The translations under genes were made by a program, and so were the position numbers. A stretch of 64,000 nt of DNA, taken from the NCBI GenBank assembly GCA_964449675.1, contig CAYVAR010000001.1, forward strand, positions 44,877 through 108,876. Direction: 5' to 3'. This DNA comes from an uncultured Gammaproteobacteria bacterium. Its GTDB lineage: Bacteria > Patescibacteriota > Microgenomatia > UBA10105 > UBA927. This document shows, one piece after another, positions 37,234 to 47,292 of the stretch. A model generated the notes under the pieces. It did no database searches and was not told the origin of the DNA. It worked only from the letters and a program-made list of their open reading frames with translations. The number at the start of each line of letters is the position of its first letter. Position 1 is the stretch's first letter.

Positions 37234-38511
37234 ATGCCTGACTTCAAGCTGGTAGAATCCCAACAGTACAACACAAAAATTACCAAAGACTTCTCTATTG
37301 ATATTGAGATTGCGCGAGATGGGTTGTATGTCATTGTTATCGGTGCTCGTGCGTTGGCATGGTGGCAGAATATACCTCACTTCTTTAAGCGATATTTTCA
37401 GGACGACCATCTCTCCGTCCGACTTAATACTTTGGGTGATGAGCTTGCATGGAACGGAAACGACCTCAAGGGGCTTGAACAAACAAACATTTTTCTTTCA
37501 CACATTCATCCGGGGAGTTATAGAATTTCTTTCAAAGTCAAACAGCAGCCAACGTTGTTGTCTTTAGTGATTTACGAAGTGGTAAATACCACAAACCCCA
37601 ATCTCATCGAGGTGATTCCTTCTTCAGTCGAAGACGGAAATAGACGTCCGGTTATCAAAGTAGTCGCCGCAGATGTTTTGATACAGAACATAACTATTGA
37701 CGCTACCGTGTTGACCGGAAGACAACATATGGTATTTTTTCGAGATGATGATGATTTGAAAGCAGTAATAAATGGGGAAGTTGTCAAAAACGATCTGCCG
37801 AAGTCGCATACGGACTGGTACTGGTGCGGCCAAGGCCAACGCTATCAACAGATCAATCGCAGGACACTTGAAAAGAAATTATCAGGAGAGACAAAAAATA
37901 CCATGGAACTCTATGCCGATAGAACGCCTGCCATTCATAGATTCGAGCTTATACTTTCAGTTAACACCCTGCCCCCTCGTTTTGATGAGTTATACATTAT
38001 CGATGATGATACGTTCACCCATGGAGGGTTTACCCAAAAAGAAATCCAAGATTTTTTTGAACAAAAAAGTCAAAACCACCCCAACCATCTGGCCTTCCGC
38101 ATATTTCATGAAAAAAGCGCAGCGCAGCTCATCTACCAGGCAGCAAAAACAAACAGCATCAACCCAAAGGTCATGGTGACGAAACTTCAGGCAGAGCAAG
38201 GGGTGATCTCGGGGAGTAGGGCAACAAACCCCACACAGTCACAGCTTGATCGCGCCATGGGCGTTGGCATATTGGACGACGGCACCGTGTTAGGATCATA
38301 CCAGGGGTTTGAGAATCAGGTTGCCGGCGCCGCCCAATTACTACGGAAGCATTTTGATCAAGCAGAGAAAGAGCACTTTACCCTACGAGATGTTGACGGC
38401 AGAATGCTCTTGGTGAAAAATAGCGCGACGTACAGCCTCTATCGATATACGCCTCATGTTGCCGGGGCCAAGCTCTTTTTTGATATTTACTCAAGTTTTT
38501 TCAGACTATGA
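37234..38511 (+). CDS. Hypothetical protein of 425 aa, possibly a cell-wall hydrolase-like C-terminal domain.
   Basis: The C-terminal region INPKVMVTKLQAEQGVISG ... SQLDRAMGVGILDDG resembles glucosaminidase/muramidase-type domains, with low confidence. There is no signal peptide. Confidence 0.4.
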   Translation: MPDFKLVESQQYNTKITKDFSIDIEIARDGLYVIVIGARALAWWQNIPHFFKRYFQDDHLSVRLNTLGDELAWNGNDLKGLEQTNIFLSHIHPGSYRISFKVKQQPTLLSLVIYEVVNTTNPNLIEVIPSSVEDGNRRPVIKVVAADVLIQNITIDATVLTGRQHMVFFRDDDDLKAVINGEVVKNDLPKSHTDWYWCGQGQRYQQINRRTLEKKLSGETKNTMELYADRTPAIHRFELILSVNTLPPRFDELYIIDDDTFTHGGFTQKEIQDFFEQKSQNHPNHLAFRIFHEKSAAQLIYQAAKTNSINPKVMVTKLQAEQGVISGSRATNPTQSQLDRAMGVGILDDGTVLGSYQGFENQVAGAAQLLRKHFDQAEKEHFTLRDVDGRMLLVKNSATYSLYRYTPHVAGAKLFFDIYSSFFRL

Positions 38512-38903
38512 ACCGACGTTTCGTACGCACCTTCGAACTCGTTGGACTCGCAATAGGAATAGTTCTCTTTTTGCTTATCGTAAGAACAAATAGCGAACTG
38601 TTTAAAGACATACAATCGTACCAACGACTCCTTAAAGATGCTCAGGAGCGGGCAGACCGTATGACCGAAGAAAAAACTCGTTGGGAGAATACGTATGCAC
38701 GCACACGGGAATCTTGGATTGCATGGCAAATAGAATCAAAACTGAAAGATATAATAACGGGTGTAGAATCGATTGAATTGGGAAATAATGATGATGGGAT
38801 TGCCTACGTACAAGAGGGAGGGGTCAAAAAGCGGTACTCATTCCGATTCGCTTCTGATCGCAATAACACGGCGTTAGTTACCGATGTACAACTGTTGCCA
38901 TAG
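38508..38903 (+). CDS. Hypothetical membrane-anchored protein of 131 aa.
   Basis: An N-terminal transmembrane segment is present, and the start overlaps the stop of the upstream gene (ATGA). Confidence 0.4.
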   Translation: MNRRFVRTFELVGLAIGIVLFLLIVRTNSELFKDIQSYQRLLKDAQERADRMTEEKTRWENTYARTRESWIAWQIESKLKDIITGVESIELGNNDDGIAYVQEGGVKKRYSFRFASDRNNTALVTDVQLLP

Positions 38904-38996
38904 GGATACATAACACAAATCGAGAGATTTTGTTGGGTAGTTCTCGACTCGAGTTTACCCCGATCTTTTCGAGTGTTTCAAGCAATGTGGTAGGCG

Positions 38997-39401
38997 CTAC
39001 AGAGTTTTAAACCCCATCTGTTCAAAGTTACGGTCGAAAGTGAAAACCGTCTTGATTTTCAACTCTTTCATTACTACATAACTGGTACAGTCGGTAAAAG
39101 ACCATTTTTTATCTCTGTTATATCGTCTAAGTACTTCTTGGGCTTTAACAAATCTCTGTTCCGTAATCCTTTCAATGCTCCACTTGCCTAAGGTTAAATT
39201 CCGGTCAAACTCCATAGCCAGCCGGTAACCCTCTTTTGACAAAAGGGCGGTGTACGTTTCGTCAATAACGTAATCAGTAAGAATAGTCCTTATTTTTTGG
39301 GCCTCAATTTTTAACAAAACCTCTCTTGCCTGCTGATGGTCTTTGTCTCCCTGCCGAAGTAACGCCACGAAGGCACCAGTATCAATAAATATATTTGTCA
39401 T
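38997..39401 (-). CDS. vapC: PIN-domain toxin VapC.
   Basis: The sequence MTNIFIDTGAFVALL ... IDETYTAL ... FTDCTS carries the PIN acidic residues. Confidence 0.8.
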   Translation of the reverse strand: MTNIFIDTGAFVALLRQGDKDHQQAREVLLKIEAQKIRTILTDYVIDETYTALLSKEGYRLAMEFDRNLTLGKWSIERITEQRFVKAQEVLRRYNRDKKWSFTDCTSYVVMKELKIKTVFTFDRNFEQMGFKTL

Positions 39402-39642
39402 GATTTCTGGCCAAATCTACTGGACCAGTAGTCTTATATTTTTTAGCCGCCTTTACCATCCTAAACATGGCCCTGATGGCGCTTATTTTTTTAACTGTCT
39501 TAGCGACTCTCTTCCTGTCCTGTATCTTCTCAAACAGAAACTCCCGTACCAAACCCGAGATGGATCTGCCTTCTTCTCTAGCCAAAACAGCCAACTCTAA
39601 CCGAGTTTTGTCATCAATCATGAGCTGTACTCGTTGTAACAT
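39382..39642 (-). CDS. vapB: RHH/CopG-like antitoxin VapB.
   Basis: MLQRVQLMIDDKTRLELAVLAREEGRSISGLVREFL has an RHH fold pattern. The gene lies upstream of the PIN gene and overlaps it. Confidence 0.55.
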   Translation of the reverse strand: MLQRVQLMIDDKTRLELAVLAREEGRSISGLVREFLFEKIQDRKRVAKTVKKISAIRAMFRMVKAAKKYKTTGPVDLARNHDKYIY

Positions 39643-39745
39643 ATACACAATACTATTACACAACTAATCAGGTGTCAATCCGACGTTTGGGGATTTTGTC
39701 AATTCCAATTAACTCCTTAGTTTTGTACGATATACTTATAGGTAC

Positions 39746-40288
39746 ATGACCCCACATTTTCGTTTTCCATTTACCGGAAATTTTGCGATCACTTTTCCGT
39801 TTGGGGCTGCACCTATAACTAGTGATATGCAGAAAAAATTTGATGCGTGGGGGATCAAAGGCCATGACGGCGTTGATTTTGGTTTACCAGAAGGGACTGA
39901 GGTGGTAGCGGTTGACGCTGGTACCGTTTCTCAATACGGAGAAAATGGCGACTTCGGCATATCAGTAACTATCAAGCATGAATGGGGAATCAGTCTCTAC
40001 GCGCATTTGCACGATACAGCGATAACACTTCATCAAAATATAAAAGAAGGAGAGGTTATTGGCCACAGCGGACAAACGGGAGTTACAACCGGACCACATC
40101 TGCATTTTGGTATAAAACCAAATGATGAAGTTTTGGAGAATGGATATCTGGGATTTGTTGATCCTACACCAGGTTTTGTGAAAGCGCGCCAGTTCAAGGT
40201 AATCAAACGGCAACAGACGCTTGAACGCGAAGGAAAAATTCGTCAAAAAGGCATCCGCGGCAGATCGGTGTACACCCCAGTTCAGTAG
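39746..40288 (+). CDS. M23-family metallopeptidase.
   Basis: Contains the two M23 zinc-site motifs, GHDGVDFG ... EGTEVVAVDAGTV and HLHFGI. Confidence 0.8.
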   Translation: MTPHFRFPFTGNFAITFPFGAAPITSDMQKKFDAWGIKGHDGVDFGLPEGTEVVAVDAGTVSQYGENGDFGISVTIKHEWGISLYAHLHDTAITLHQNIKEGEVIGHSGQTGVTTGPHLHFGIKPNDEVLENGYLGFVDPTPGFVKARQFKVIKRQQTLEREGKIRQKGIRGRSVYTPVQ

Positions 40289-40363
40289 CCAATACTCAGA
40301 GTTTTAGTAAGTCACGTGTGTTGACAGAGACGTAGGAGCGTGTCATTCTAGATAGAGAAATAT

Positions 40364-42934
40364 ATGACAAAACCGCAACCACCAAAAGGAGTAACACCCA
40401 GTAGAGCTGAAGGTGAACCATCAGGTCAACCTTTTGTTTCTCAAGCTGATCAACCACTTACCCCCCCCAATGCCGCCGCACGTATCCCGGAGGATTCTCC
40501 TCAAGCGAAAGACGCGCGAGATGCGCTGGATACTTTAGCTACACGAGCCACACCAAGCGATATACCAGATGACCTTGCAGATTTTTTTACTGATTCTCCT
40601 GGAACAGCTTTAGACACTGAACAAATTTTAAAAGATGTCCAAGAAGCAAGACGGGATCCATATGAAAGACGTAGAGAAATAAATCAAGCAGTTGCCGATC
40701 CCGAGCATGCCATAACAAAAAAAGCTAGAGCTCTTGGCGCATCGCTATGGGCGCACCCGGGGGATGAAGCAGTCGTCAGCGAAGCGGTTGCGTTTTTAGG
40801 TGAAAACATGAGAGTTGCTCTTCAAGAGCCTGGACAATTGGGCGTGGGCGATATGATCGGCTTGCTAAAAACGGAATTAGGTGAACTTGAAAGCGGGCAG
40901 AGAAGTATTTATAGAAAATTGTCTGATTTTGAGGCGACTGCAGAAGTTGGAGCAGAACGAAGGACTGGCCAGCAAACGGTTACGGCAACTAAAGCGACGC
41001 TCCTGTCTATCTCCGAAGCAGCATTTCAATCAGAAGATTTGACTGCTAATAATTTGCATCTTGCAATTTCCGCATTTGAGGCAGCGCAGGTCGATATGAT
41101 ATCTGCTGAACCGGTATGGGCGGTTGATACGATGGCACGCGCAATTGAAAAAGCAGATATAAACAATCCGGCAATAAGACATGAGCTTGTCGGGATGAAA
41201 ACTAAAAATATCCTCCAAACAACCATGGACATGGATGCTCGTGCAAAAGATGAACAGCCCGAGGCGCTTACGGCGCGAGAAATAATACTTAAAAGATCAC
41301 TCGAAGCACAACACATAAATGACCAAATCAAAGAAGCTGCACGACTAGAGGCAGAAAGGGTAGCAAATGCAGAGAAGCTCGCGCGCGCGCTGGAAAGGAA
41401 AATGGCAGCAGCAGTGTCTGACGGAATGACGCAATTTTCCTATCACTTTACCGGAGGAGATGATTATCCTGTTCGATTTACCACCAGTAGCGACGGATCC
41501 GGTATCCTACGAGGTGTTTTAGAAGATGACTATCAGATGTTTGGTGAGGTTAGTCAAAATCATAGTCTTGGAGGAGTGAATGGATATCTTCAGGTATTGG
41601 AAAATATTCTTGAAACACCCGGGTTTGAGGATCGTCTTGTGGAAAAAACAGTTGGAAAGTATTGGAGTGATCCGGCCGGTAAAAGCCGTGAGGATTACAA
41701 GCGCGAAGGGAGAGAAAACGAATGGAACATGTATATGCAGCAACAGGTCCGTATCGAAGTCTATGGAAATGCTCTTGGTATACTTTTTGGAGCGGTAAAT
41801 GAAGAAGGTCCTCATATGAGTGAGGATAGACGGGCACTGATATTGCGACGGTCTCTGGAGGTACTTGGCGGCGGGAGGTCATTGGAACAACTTATTTCAG
41901 GTAGAGGTGAGCTGTCACCGGAGATGAAAATGGTCCGGAAAACACTTACAGAATATATCAAAAATCCTTTTGGCCGAGAGGAAAAAAAGAGAGACGACAG
42001 CGAATCTGTGGCAGCCAGACGAAAAGGGAGACTCAGGACGCTCAAAGATTATGCAGCGCAGGCAGATACTTCAGTGAGTGACAGGCGCAGGCGGAAACAG
42101 GAAGAACTTAGACAAAAACAAAAAGAAAAAGAGGAGCGGCGAGATCGACTGACGGCAAAGAGAACGAAGTCTCAAGAAGCACTTCGGGCTATAGAAAAAG
42201 TGAGAGTTGATATGCGTGCGTTAAAAGAAAAAGCCGCAAGACTAGGACAACTATCATACGCTCCGGTAGAAGAATTTATCACGGTTACTCCAAATGATAA
42301 CGCAGCAGGAGATCCGCTTGTTGATGTAGCTATAAACGAAGATAGATTTAGGATGCGGGAACAAGAAATTGCGCAATTGCGAGAGCAGCTAACTGCGGAG
42401 CATGTTGAAAGTCCGGACGAAATGCGTGCGACGCTCGCACGGCTTGAAACCGATCAGGAATTTGTTCAAGCGATGAGGCCTTCTGTGCAACGAGTAAATG
42501 GTCCAGCGTACCAAGGTACAAAAGAACAAAGAGGAGGGTTTTTGGGAGTTGGCAAGAAGAGACTTGGTGCTATTGCCGCAACTGCATTTGATGAAATTAA
42601 ACCATTAAGCAAACAAGAAGAATTACCCACTTATTTTTCACGAGAGATTGATGATTCTCAACGCAGTATATTTCTTGCACCAGAAAGAGCAAAAACACTT
42701 GATGATCTACGCGGGGCTTTAGAAATACAGTTAGCAGCAGATGACGTTACGGTCATAGCAGGAGACATTGAAACTGTCGAAGCAGAACTTTCCGGGAGAA
42801 GAGCTAGAGGAGCGACGCGATTTGAAAAACACCGAAATGACTTATCAAATGCGGTTAAGGGTGCCGCTCGAGTATACGTGAAAGACCAACTCTACCAGGC
42901 TTTATATCAACAGCATCGGATTTCATCGACATAA
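40364..42934 (+). CDS. Large acidic, coiled-coil-rich hypothetical protein of 856 aa.
   Basis: Long ORF with GC above its surroundings, no transmembrane segment or signal peptide, and no motif I recognise. Confidence 0.5.
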   Translation: MTKPQPPKGVTPSRAEGEPSGQPFVSQADQPLTPPNAAARIPEDSPQAKDARDALDTLATRATPSDIPDDLADFFTDSPGTALDTEQILKDVQEARRDPYERRREINQAVADPEHAITKKARALGASLWAHPGDEAVVSEAVAFLGENMRVALQEPGQLGVGDMIGLLKTELGELESGQRSIYRKLSDFEATAEVGAERRTGQQTVTATKATLLSISEAAFQSEDLTANNLHLAISAFEAAQVDMISAEPVWAVDTMARAIEKADINNPAIRHELVGMKTKNILQTTMDMDARAKDEQPEALTAREIILKRSLEAQHINDQIKEAARLEAERVANAEKLARALERKMAAAVSDGMTQFSYHFTGGDDYPVRFTTSSDGSGILRGVLEDDYQMFGEVSQNHSLGGVNGYLQVLENILETPGFEDRLVEKTVGKYWSDPAGKSREDYKREGRENEWNMYMQQQVRIEVYGNALGILFGAVNEEGPHMSEDRRALILRRSLEVLGGGRSLEQLISGRGELSPEMKMVRKTLTEYIKNPFGREEKKRDDSESVAARRKGRLRTLKDYAAQADTSVSDRRRRKQEELRQKQKEKEERRDRLTAKRTKSQEALRAIEKVRVDMRALKEKAARLGQLSYAPVEEFITVTPNDNAAGDPLVDVAINEDRFRMREQEIAQLREQLTAEHVESPDEMRATLARLETDQEFVQAMRPSVQRVNGPAYQGTKEQRGGFLGVGKKRLGAIAATAFDEIKPLSKQEELPTYFSREIDDSQRSIFLAPERAKTLDDLRGALEIQLAADDVTVIAGDIETVEAELSGRRARGATRFEKHRNDLSNAVKGAARVYVKDQLYQALYQQHRISST

Positions 42935-43087
42935 ATAATTAGGACTAGCCAATACGCACTGTCCTGGCTAGCCCTGTGGATGTTTTTTTATTGGAGTGTA
43001 TGCGAGTAGTTTGCTTCACGAGCAGGCGGGCCTCCAGATTTTTTTACCCTCCTTCGCAGAAAGCCACGGGCGTTATCCCGTGGAGCT

Positions 43088-43670
43088 TCACTTTTTCAAA
43101 CGTTTGGTGTTTTGCGACTCTTTGAGGTAATTGCCAGATGTGGAGACTTTTTGACCGGATTTTCGTTCTAATTCCTTTCGCGCGTTACCAGCAACACTAC
43201 CACCCTCACGGGCAGCTTGTATATTTTGGGGAAACCCTTGGGCGTTTTTGGCGCGGGTAATTTTCGTGGTTGATGCTTCACTAAGCATGGTGAAGATAAG
43301 TTCAAGGTCGTCCATATGATCTCGAAGATTTTGTCTTTTAAGGTGTTTGAATTTTTTGTATTCCGATGGTGTCATGTCAAACGTTGCTTTGGAGATTTCT
43401 GCGGTGAGAATAGCGTATTCTCTATTTTTTCTCACGTTTCGTTTTTTCCATCGGAGCTTCCAATTTCAACCGTCCGATTTTTTCGGACACTTCAGTATAC
43501 CCCTCGCGTGTTAGCCTGACTTTGAGGTCATTCCAGTACTTTCTTGGCCGATCTGATTGAGTAAGGACTGCGATAACATCGATAACCGAAAACCACCATT
43601 CGTCCTGGTGAATGGTTCGGCGGATTTGTTTACCTTGGAAGAGAGCCAACTGTGTATGTACAGTTTGCAT
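43088..43670 (-). pseudogene. DinD / Bro-N-like (DNA-damage-inducible protein D family) gene split into two overlapping ORFs; probably frameshifted.
   Basis: ORF 43422..43670 carries the N-terminal HQDEWWFSVIDVIAVL ... YWNDLKVRL Bro-N/DinD-like region. ORF 43088..43435 carries the DinD-like C-terminal region. The two overlap by 14 nt in different frames. Confidence 0.45.
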
Positions 43671-43728
43671 ATTGTTGTAATGGTAGTATATTAAAAAAAG
43701 AAATTAAAGACTATTCTCACGGAGGGCT

Positions 43729-43757
43729 TGACAAGTTTCTTTAGGGAGCTATAATAC
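43729..43757 (+). promoter_or_regulatory. Consensus sigma70 promoter upstream of rpoB.
   Basis: TTGACA-N16-TATAAT (cTTGACAagtttctttagggagcTATAAT). Confidence 0.5.
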
Positions 43758-43782
43758 ATACTAATTGAATAGCCATAAGGCA

Positions 43783-43812
43783 GGCGAACGTTCATTGTTC
43801 GCTTCTTTTTGT
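43783..43812 (+). terminator. Attenuator-like hairpin in the rpoB leader.
   Basis: GCGAAC-gttcatt-GTTCGC followed by TTCTTTTT, lying between the promoter and the rpoB start. Confidence 0.4.
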
Positions 43813-43876
43813 CGTTCACTAGAATCATAATCGTATTAATTTTTCCATGTACTAGATTTCTTAAAGAAATTATTCG

Positions 43877-46800
43877 ATGGCTAAAGACGGCATTACCACA
43901 GAGCGATTGTACTGGGGGAAAACAGACGTAACGCTTCCTCCTTTTGATCTTACCCTCGTACAACGGGAATCCTACCAGTGGTTTTTAGAAGAAGGCATTA
44001 AAGAACTTCTGAGCGAAGTTTCTCCGATTACAGATTTTACCGGAAAAAATTGGGAACTTACCTTTGGTGATTACTATTTCGGAAGACCCAGACTTACTAC
44101 GCAACTTGCCCGTGAAAAAGGGTTGACCTATGACATGCCGCTTAAAGTCACAACGACTCTCACCAACAAACAAACAGGACATCACGTCACCCAGGAAGTA
44201 TTTCTAGGAGACATACCCGCCATGACTGAGCACGGGACGTTTATTATTAACGGCATTGATCGCTGTGTCGTTAATCAACTCGTCCGGTCTCCCGGAATTT
44301 TTTTTACTGGGGTTGTTGATCCATCTACGGGAAAAACGTTATATAGCGCGGAAATTCGGCCGATGCACGGCAGCTGGCTAGAGTTTATCATCACCCGTAA
44401 CAACGTGCTCATGGTTAGAATTGATAGGCGAAGAAAATTTGTCGCCTCTACATTTTTACGTGCAATAGGACTATCAACCAACGAACAAATCACACAGGTT
44501 TTCTCCGATGTTCCCGAAGAGATTCGTAATAAATTTTTAGAAGCGACATTTGGTAAAGACCCGACAACCAGTCAGGCAGAGGCAGTGCTTGAGCTTTACC
44601 GTAAACTTCGACCAGGAGAGCCGATTGTACTTGAAAACGCTCAAGAACTTCTAAAAACGATGTTTTTTGACTACAGGCGCTACTCTCTAGAACGGGTTGG
44701 TCGCTATAAGATGAATAAGAAATTAAATATCAATGTACCAAACAGCAAAGATCATTGGATGTTGACTCGGGATGATATCATCGGCAGTATCCGCTATCTT
44801 ATGAACCTGACCCATGGCGATGGAGATGTAGACGATATAGATCATTTGGGTAATCGTCGAATACGGAGAGTCGGTGAGCTCGTTGCGACCAATGCGTTTC
44901 GCGTCGGACTCTTGCGGCTTGAACGGTCAATTCGAGAAAAAATGAGTTTAGCAGGTCCTGCTGCAGAAGATTTGACACCAAGTCAGCTCGTAAACGCTCG
45001 ACCAATTATCGCCTCAATAAATGATTTTTTCCGAACAAGTCAACTCTCAACTATTCTTGATCAGAATAACCCTTTGGCCGAAATAGACAATTTACGCCGA
45101 CTTACCGTTATGGGTGTCGGCGGTATATCACGGGAACGCGCGTCGTTTTCCATCCGAGATATTAATGCCAGCCAGTATGGACGTATTTGTCCGATTCGAA
45201 GTCCTGAGGGACCAAACATTGGACTCGTTACCTATATGTCTTTATATACGCGGGTTGACGAATATGGATTTTTACAAACGCCATATCGAATCGTTAATAA
45301 AGTCGGATCAGGAGATAGCATGAAAATGAAAGTGACGGATAAAATTGTGTATCTCGACGCAGCAGATGAACAATACCACTATATTACCCATGCTGGGGTG
45401 TCTATAGATACCAAGGGCATGATTTCGGATGAGCGTGTTCCCGTACGCTATAAAGGTGATTTTTTAGAAGCTGATGCACATCTGGTTGAGTATATAGACG
45501 TGATTCCTCGACAAGTAGTCGGAGCACCTGCTTCACTTATTCCCTTTTTAGCTCATGATGAGGCAAATCGTGCGCTTATGGGTACGCATATGCAGTGTCA
45601 AGCAGTGCCACTACTTAAACCTCAGGCGCCAGTTGTGGGAACAGGTATGGAAGCGGCGATTTCAGAGACCATGGGTCGTGTCATTCGTGCAAAAGATGAC
45701 GGCGTCGTTGGTTACGCAGATGGAGCAACTGTTGCTATCTTTTATAAAGATGGGCAAGAAGAAACATATACTTGCAACAAATTCATGAGATCAGCGCAAT
45801 CAACCTGTTATAACCAACGAGTTACTGTAGCAACAGGACAAAAAGTAAAAAAGGGCATGGTTATCATTGATGGTCCAGCAAGTGACGCAGGAGAATTAGC
45901 ACTCGGGGCTAATCTCGTAATCTCGTACATGAGTTTTGATGGCTTGGGATACGAAGATGCGATCGTCATATCAGATCGATTGGTGAAAGATGATGTATTA
46001 ACCTCAGTTCACATCGAAGAGTATGAGGCAAGTGTGGTTGATACGAAACTTGGACCTGAGGAAACAACTCGGGATATCCCAAACGTAGGAGAAGAAGCGC
46101 TTAGAAATCTAGATGAATATGGTATTGTCGTTGTCGGTGCTGAGGTGGGACCCAATGATATTCTCGTCGGAAAAATTGCACCCAAAGGAGAAACAGAACT
46201 TACTGCAGAAGAACGGCTTTTGCGCGCTATTTTTGGAGAAAAAGCCCGAGAAGTCCGCGACACCAGTCTACGTATACCACATGGTGAACGAGGGACGGTT
46301 ATAGATGTCAAAATTTTGGATAAAGAAAAAGGCGATGAACTCGAGCCGGGAACCAACAGAAAAATTATTGTAAAAGTTGCACAAATGAGAAAAGTAGTTG
46401 TAGGAGACAAACTTGCTGGCCGTCACGGAAATAAAGGGGTCATTTCAAAAATTGTTCCGGTGTCTGATATGCCATACCTTGCTGATGGCACTGTGGTTGA
46501 TATCATAATCTCTCCGCTTTCTGTGCTTTCACGTATGAATCTTGGACAACTTCTTGAAGCACACTTAGGACTCGCTGCAGATAAACTTTCTTTACGAATT
46601 GCTTTACCAGTATTTGAAGAAGTTGCTGAAGGAAAAATTATCGAAAAAATGAAGGAAGCGAAAATACCGGTAAGCGGTAAAAGTGTTTTATTTGACGGAC
46701 GCACTGGTGAGCAGTTCTCCGAGCCGGTCGTCGTAGGACTTGGGTATGTTATGAAACTTATCCACATGGTTGAAGATAAAACGCATGCTCGCTCAACTGG

Positions 46801-47239
46801 TCCCTATTCTTTGGTTACCCAGCAACCGCTTGGTGGAAAAGCACAAATGGGTGGACAACGCTTAGGAGAAATGGAAGTATGGGCACTTGAAGCACATAGA
46901 GCAGCGCATGTTCTCCAAGAAATGCTTACCATAAAATCCGATGATGTTGTGGGTCGCGCTAAAGCATTTGAAGCAATCGTCAAAGGAACAGATATACCAG
47001 AGTCAACTGTGCCAGAATCTTTTAAAGTACTTGTTAAAGAGCTCCAGGCATTAGGACTGAATGTTATGCCGACAGGAGTGGTAATGAGCAAGCCACAAAT
47101 CGTTGCAGCAGATACAGGAAATTCTTCATCAAGCCAACCGATACAAGATGACGCAGTCACAAAAGTTGCAGTAGAGTTAGCCAAAGTAAGCGGGGAAGAG
47201 GCTGTCGTAGATGAACACATGATTAAAAAACGTGAGTAA
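43877..47239 (+). CDS. rpoB: DNA-directed RNA polymerase subunit beta.
   Basis: The 1120-aa product carries conserved RpoB blocks throughout, e.g. GDKLAGRHGNKGVISKI. Confidence 0.97.
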   Translation: MAKDGITTERLYWGKTDVTLPPFDLTLVQRESYQWFLEEGIKELLSEVSPITDFTGKNWELTFGDYYFGRPRLTTQLAREKGLTYDMPLKVTTTLTNKQTGHHVTQEVFLGDIPAMTEHGTFIINGIDRCVVNQLVRSPGIFFTGVVDPSTGKTLYSAEIRPMHGSWLEFIITRNNVLMVRIDRRRKFVASTFLRAIGLSTNEQITQVFSDVPEEIRNKFLEATFGKDPTTSQAEAVLELYRKLRPGEPIVLENAQELLKTMFFDYRRYSLERVGRYKMNKKLNINVPNSKDHWMLTRDDIIGSIRYLMNLTHGDGDVDDIDHLGNRRIRRVGELVATNAFRVGLLRLERSIREKMSLAGPAAEDLTPSQLVNARPIIASINDFFRTSQLSTILDQNNPLAEIDNLRRLTVMGVGGISRERASFSIRDINASQYGRICPIRSPEGPNIGLVTYMSLYTRVDEYGFLQTPYRIVNKVGSGDSMKMKVTDKIVYLDAADEQYHYITHAGVSIDTKGMISDERVPVRYKGDFLEADAHLVEYIDVIPRQVVGAPASLIPFLAHDEANRALMGTHMQCQAVPLLKPQAPVVGTGMEAAISETMGRVIRAKDDGVVGYADGATVAIFYKDGQEETYTCNKFMRSAQSTCYNQRVTVATGQKVKKGMVIIDGPASDAGELALGANLVISYMSFDGLGYEDAIVISDRLVKDDVLTSVHIEEYEASVVDTKLGPEETTRDIPNVGEEALRNLDEYGIVVVGAEVGPNDILVGKIAPKGETELTAEERLLRAIFGEKAREVRDTSLRIPHGERGTVIDVKILDKEKGDELEPGTNRKIIVKVAQMRKVVVGDKLAGRHGNKGVISKIVPVSDMPYLADGTVVDIIISPLSVLSRMNLGQLLEAHLGLAADKLSLRIALPVFEEVAEGKIIEKMKEAKIPVSGKSVLFDGRTGEQFSEPVVVGLGYVMKLIHMVEDKTHARSTGPYSLVTQQPLGGKAQMGGQRLGEMEVWALEAHRAAHVLQEMLTIKSDDVVGRAKAFEAIVKGTDIPESTVPESFKVLVKELQALGLNVMPTGVVMSKPQIVAADTGNSSSSQPIQDDAVTKVAVELAKVSGEEAVVDEHMIKKRE

Positions 47240-47292
47240 TACATGATCAGGTGTTGATCATGTTCATTTATCATGTATCAATCTTTGTAGCT

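Noticed and set aside
47251-47292. The N-terminal extension MLIMFIYHVSIFVA of the rpoC ORF.
   Set aside because: It is hydrophobic junk overlapping the rpoB stop region. The conserved RpoC N-terminus begins at MDKKGT (47293).
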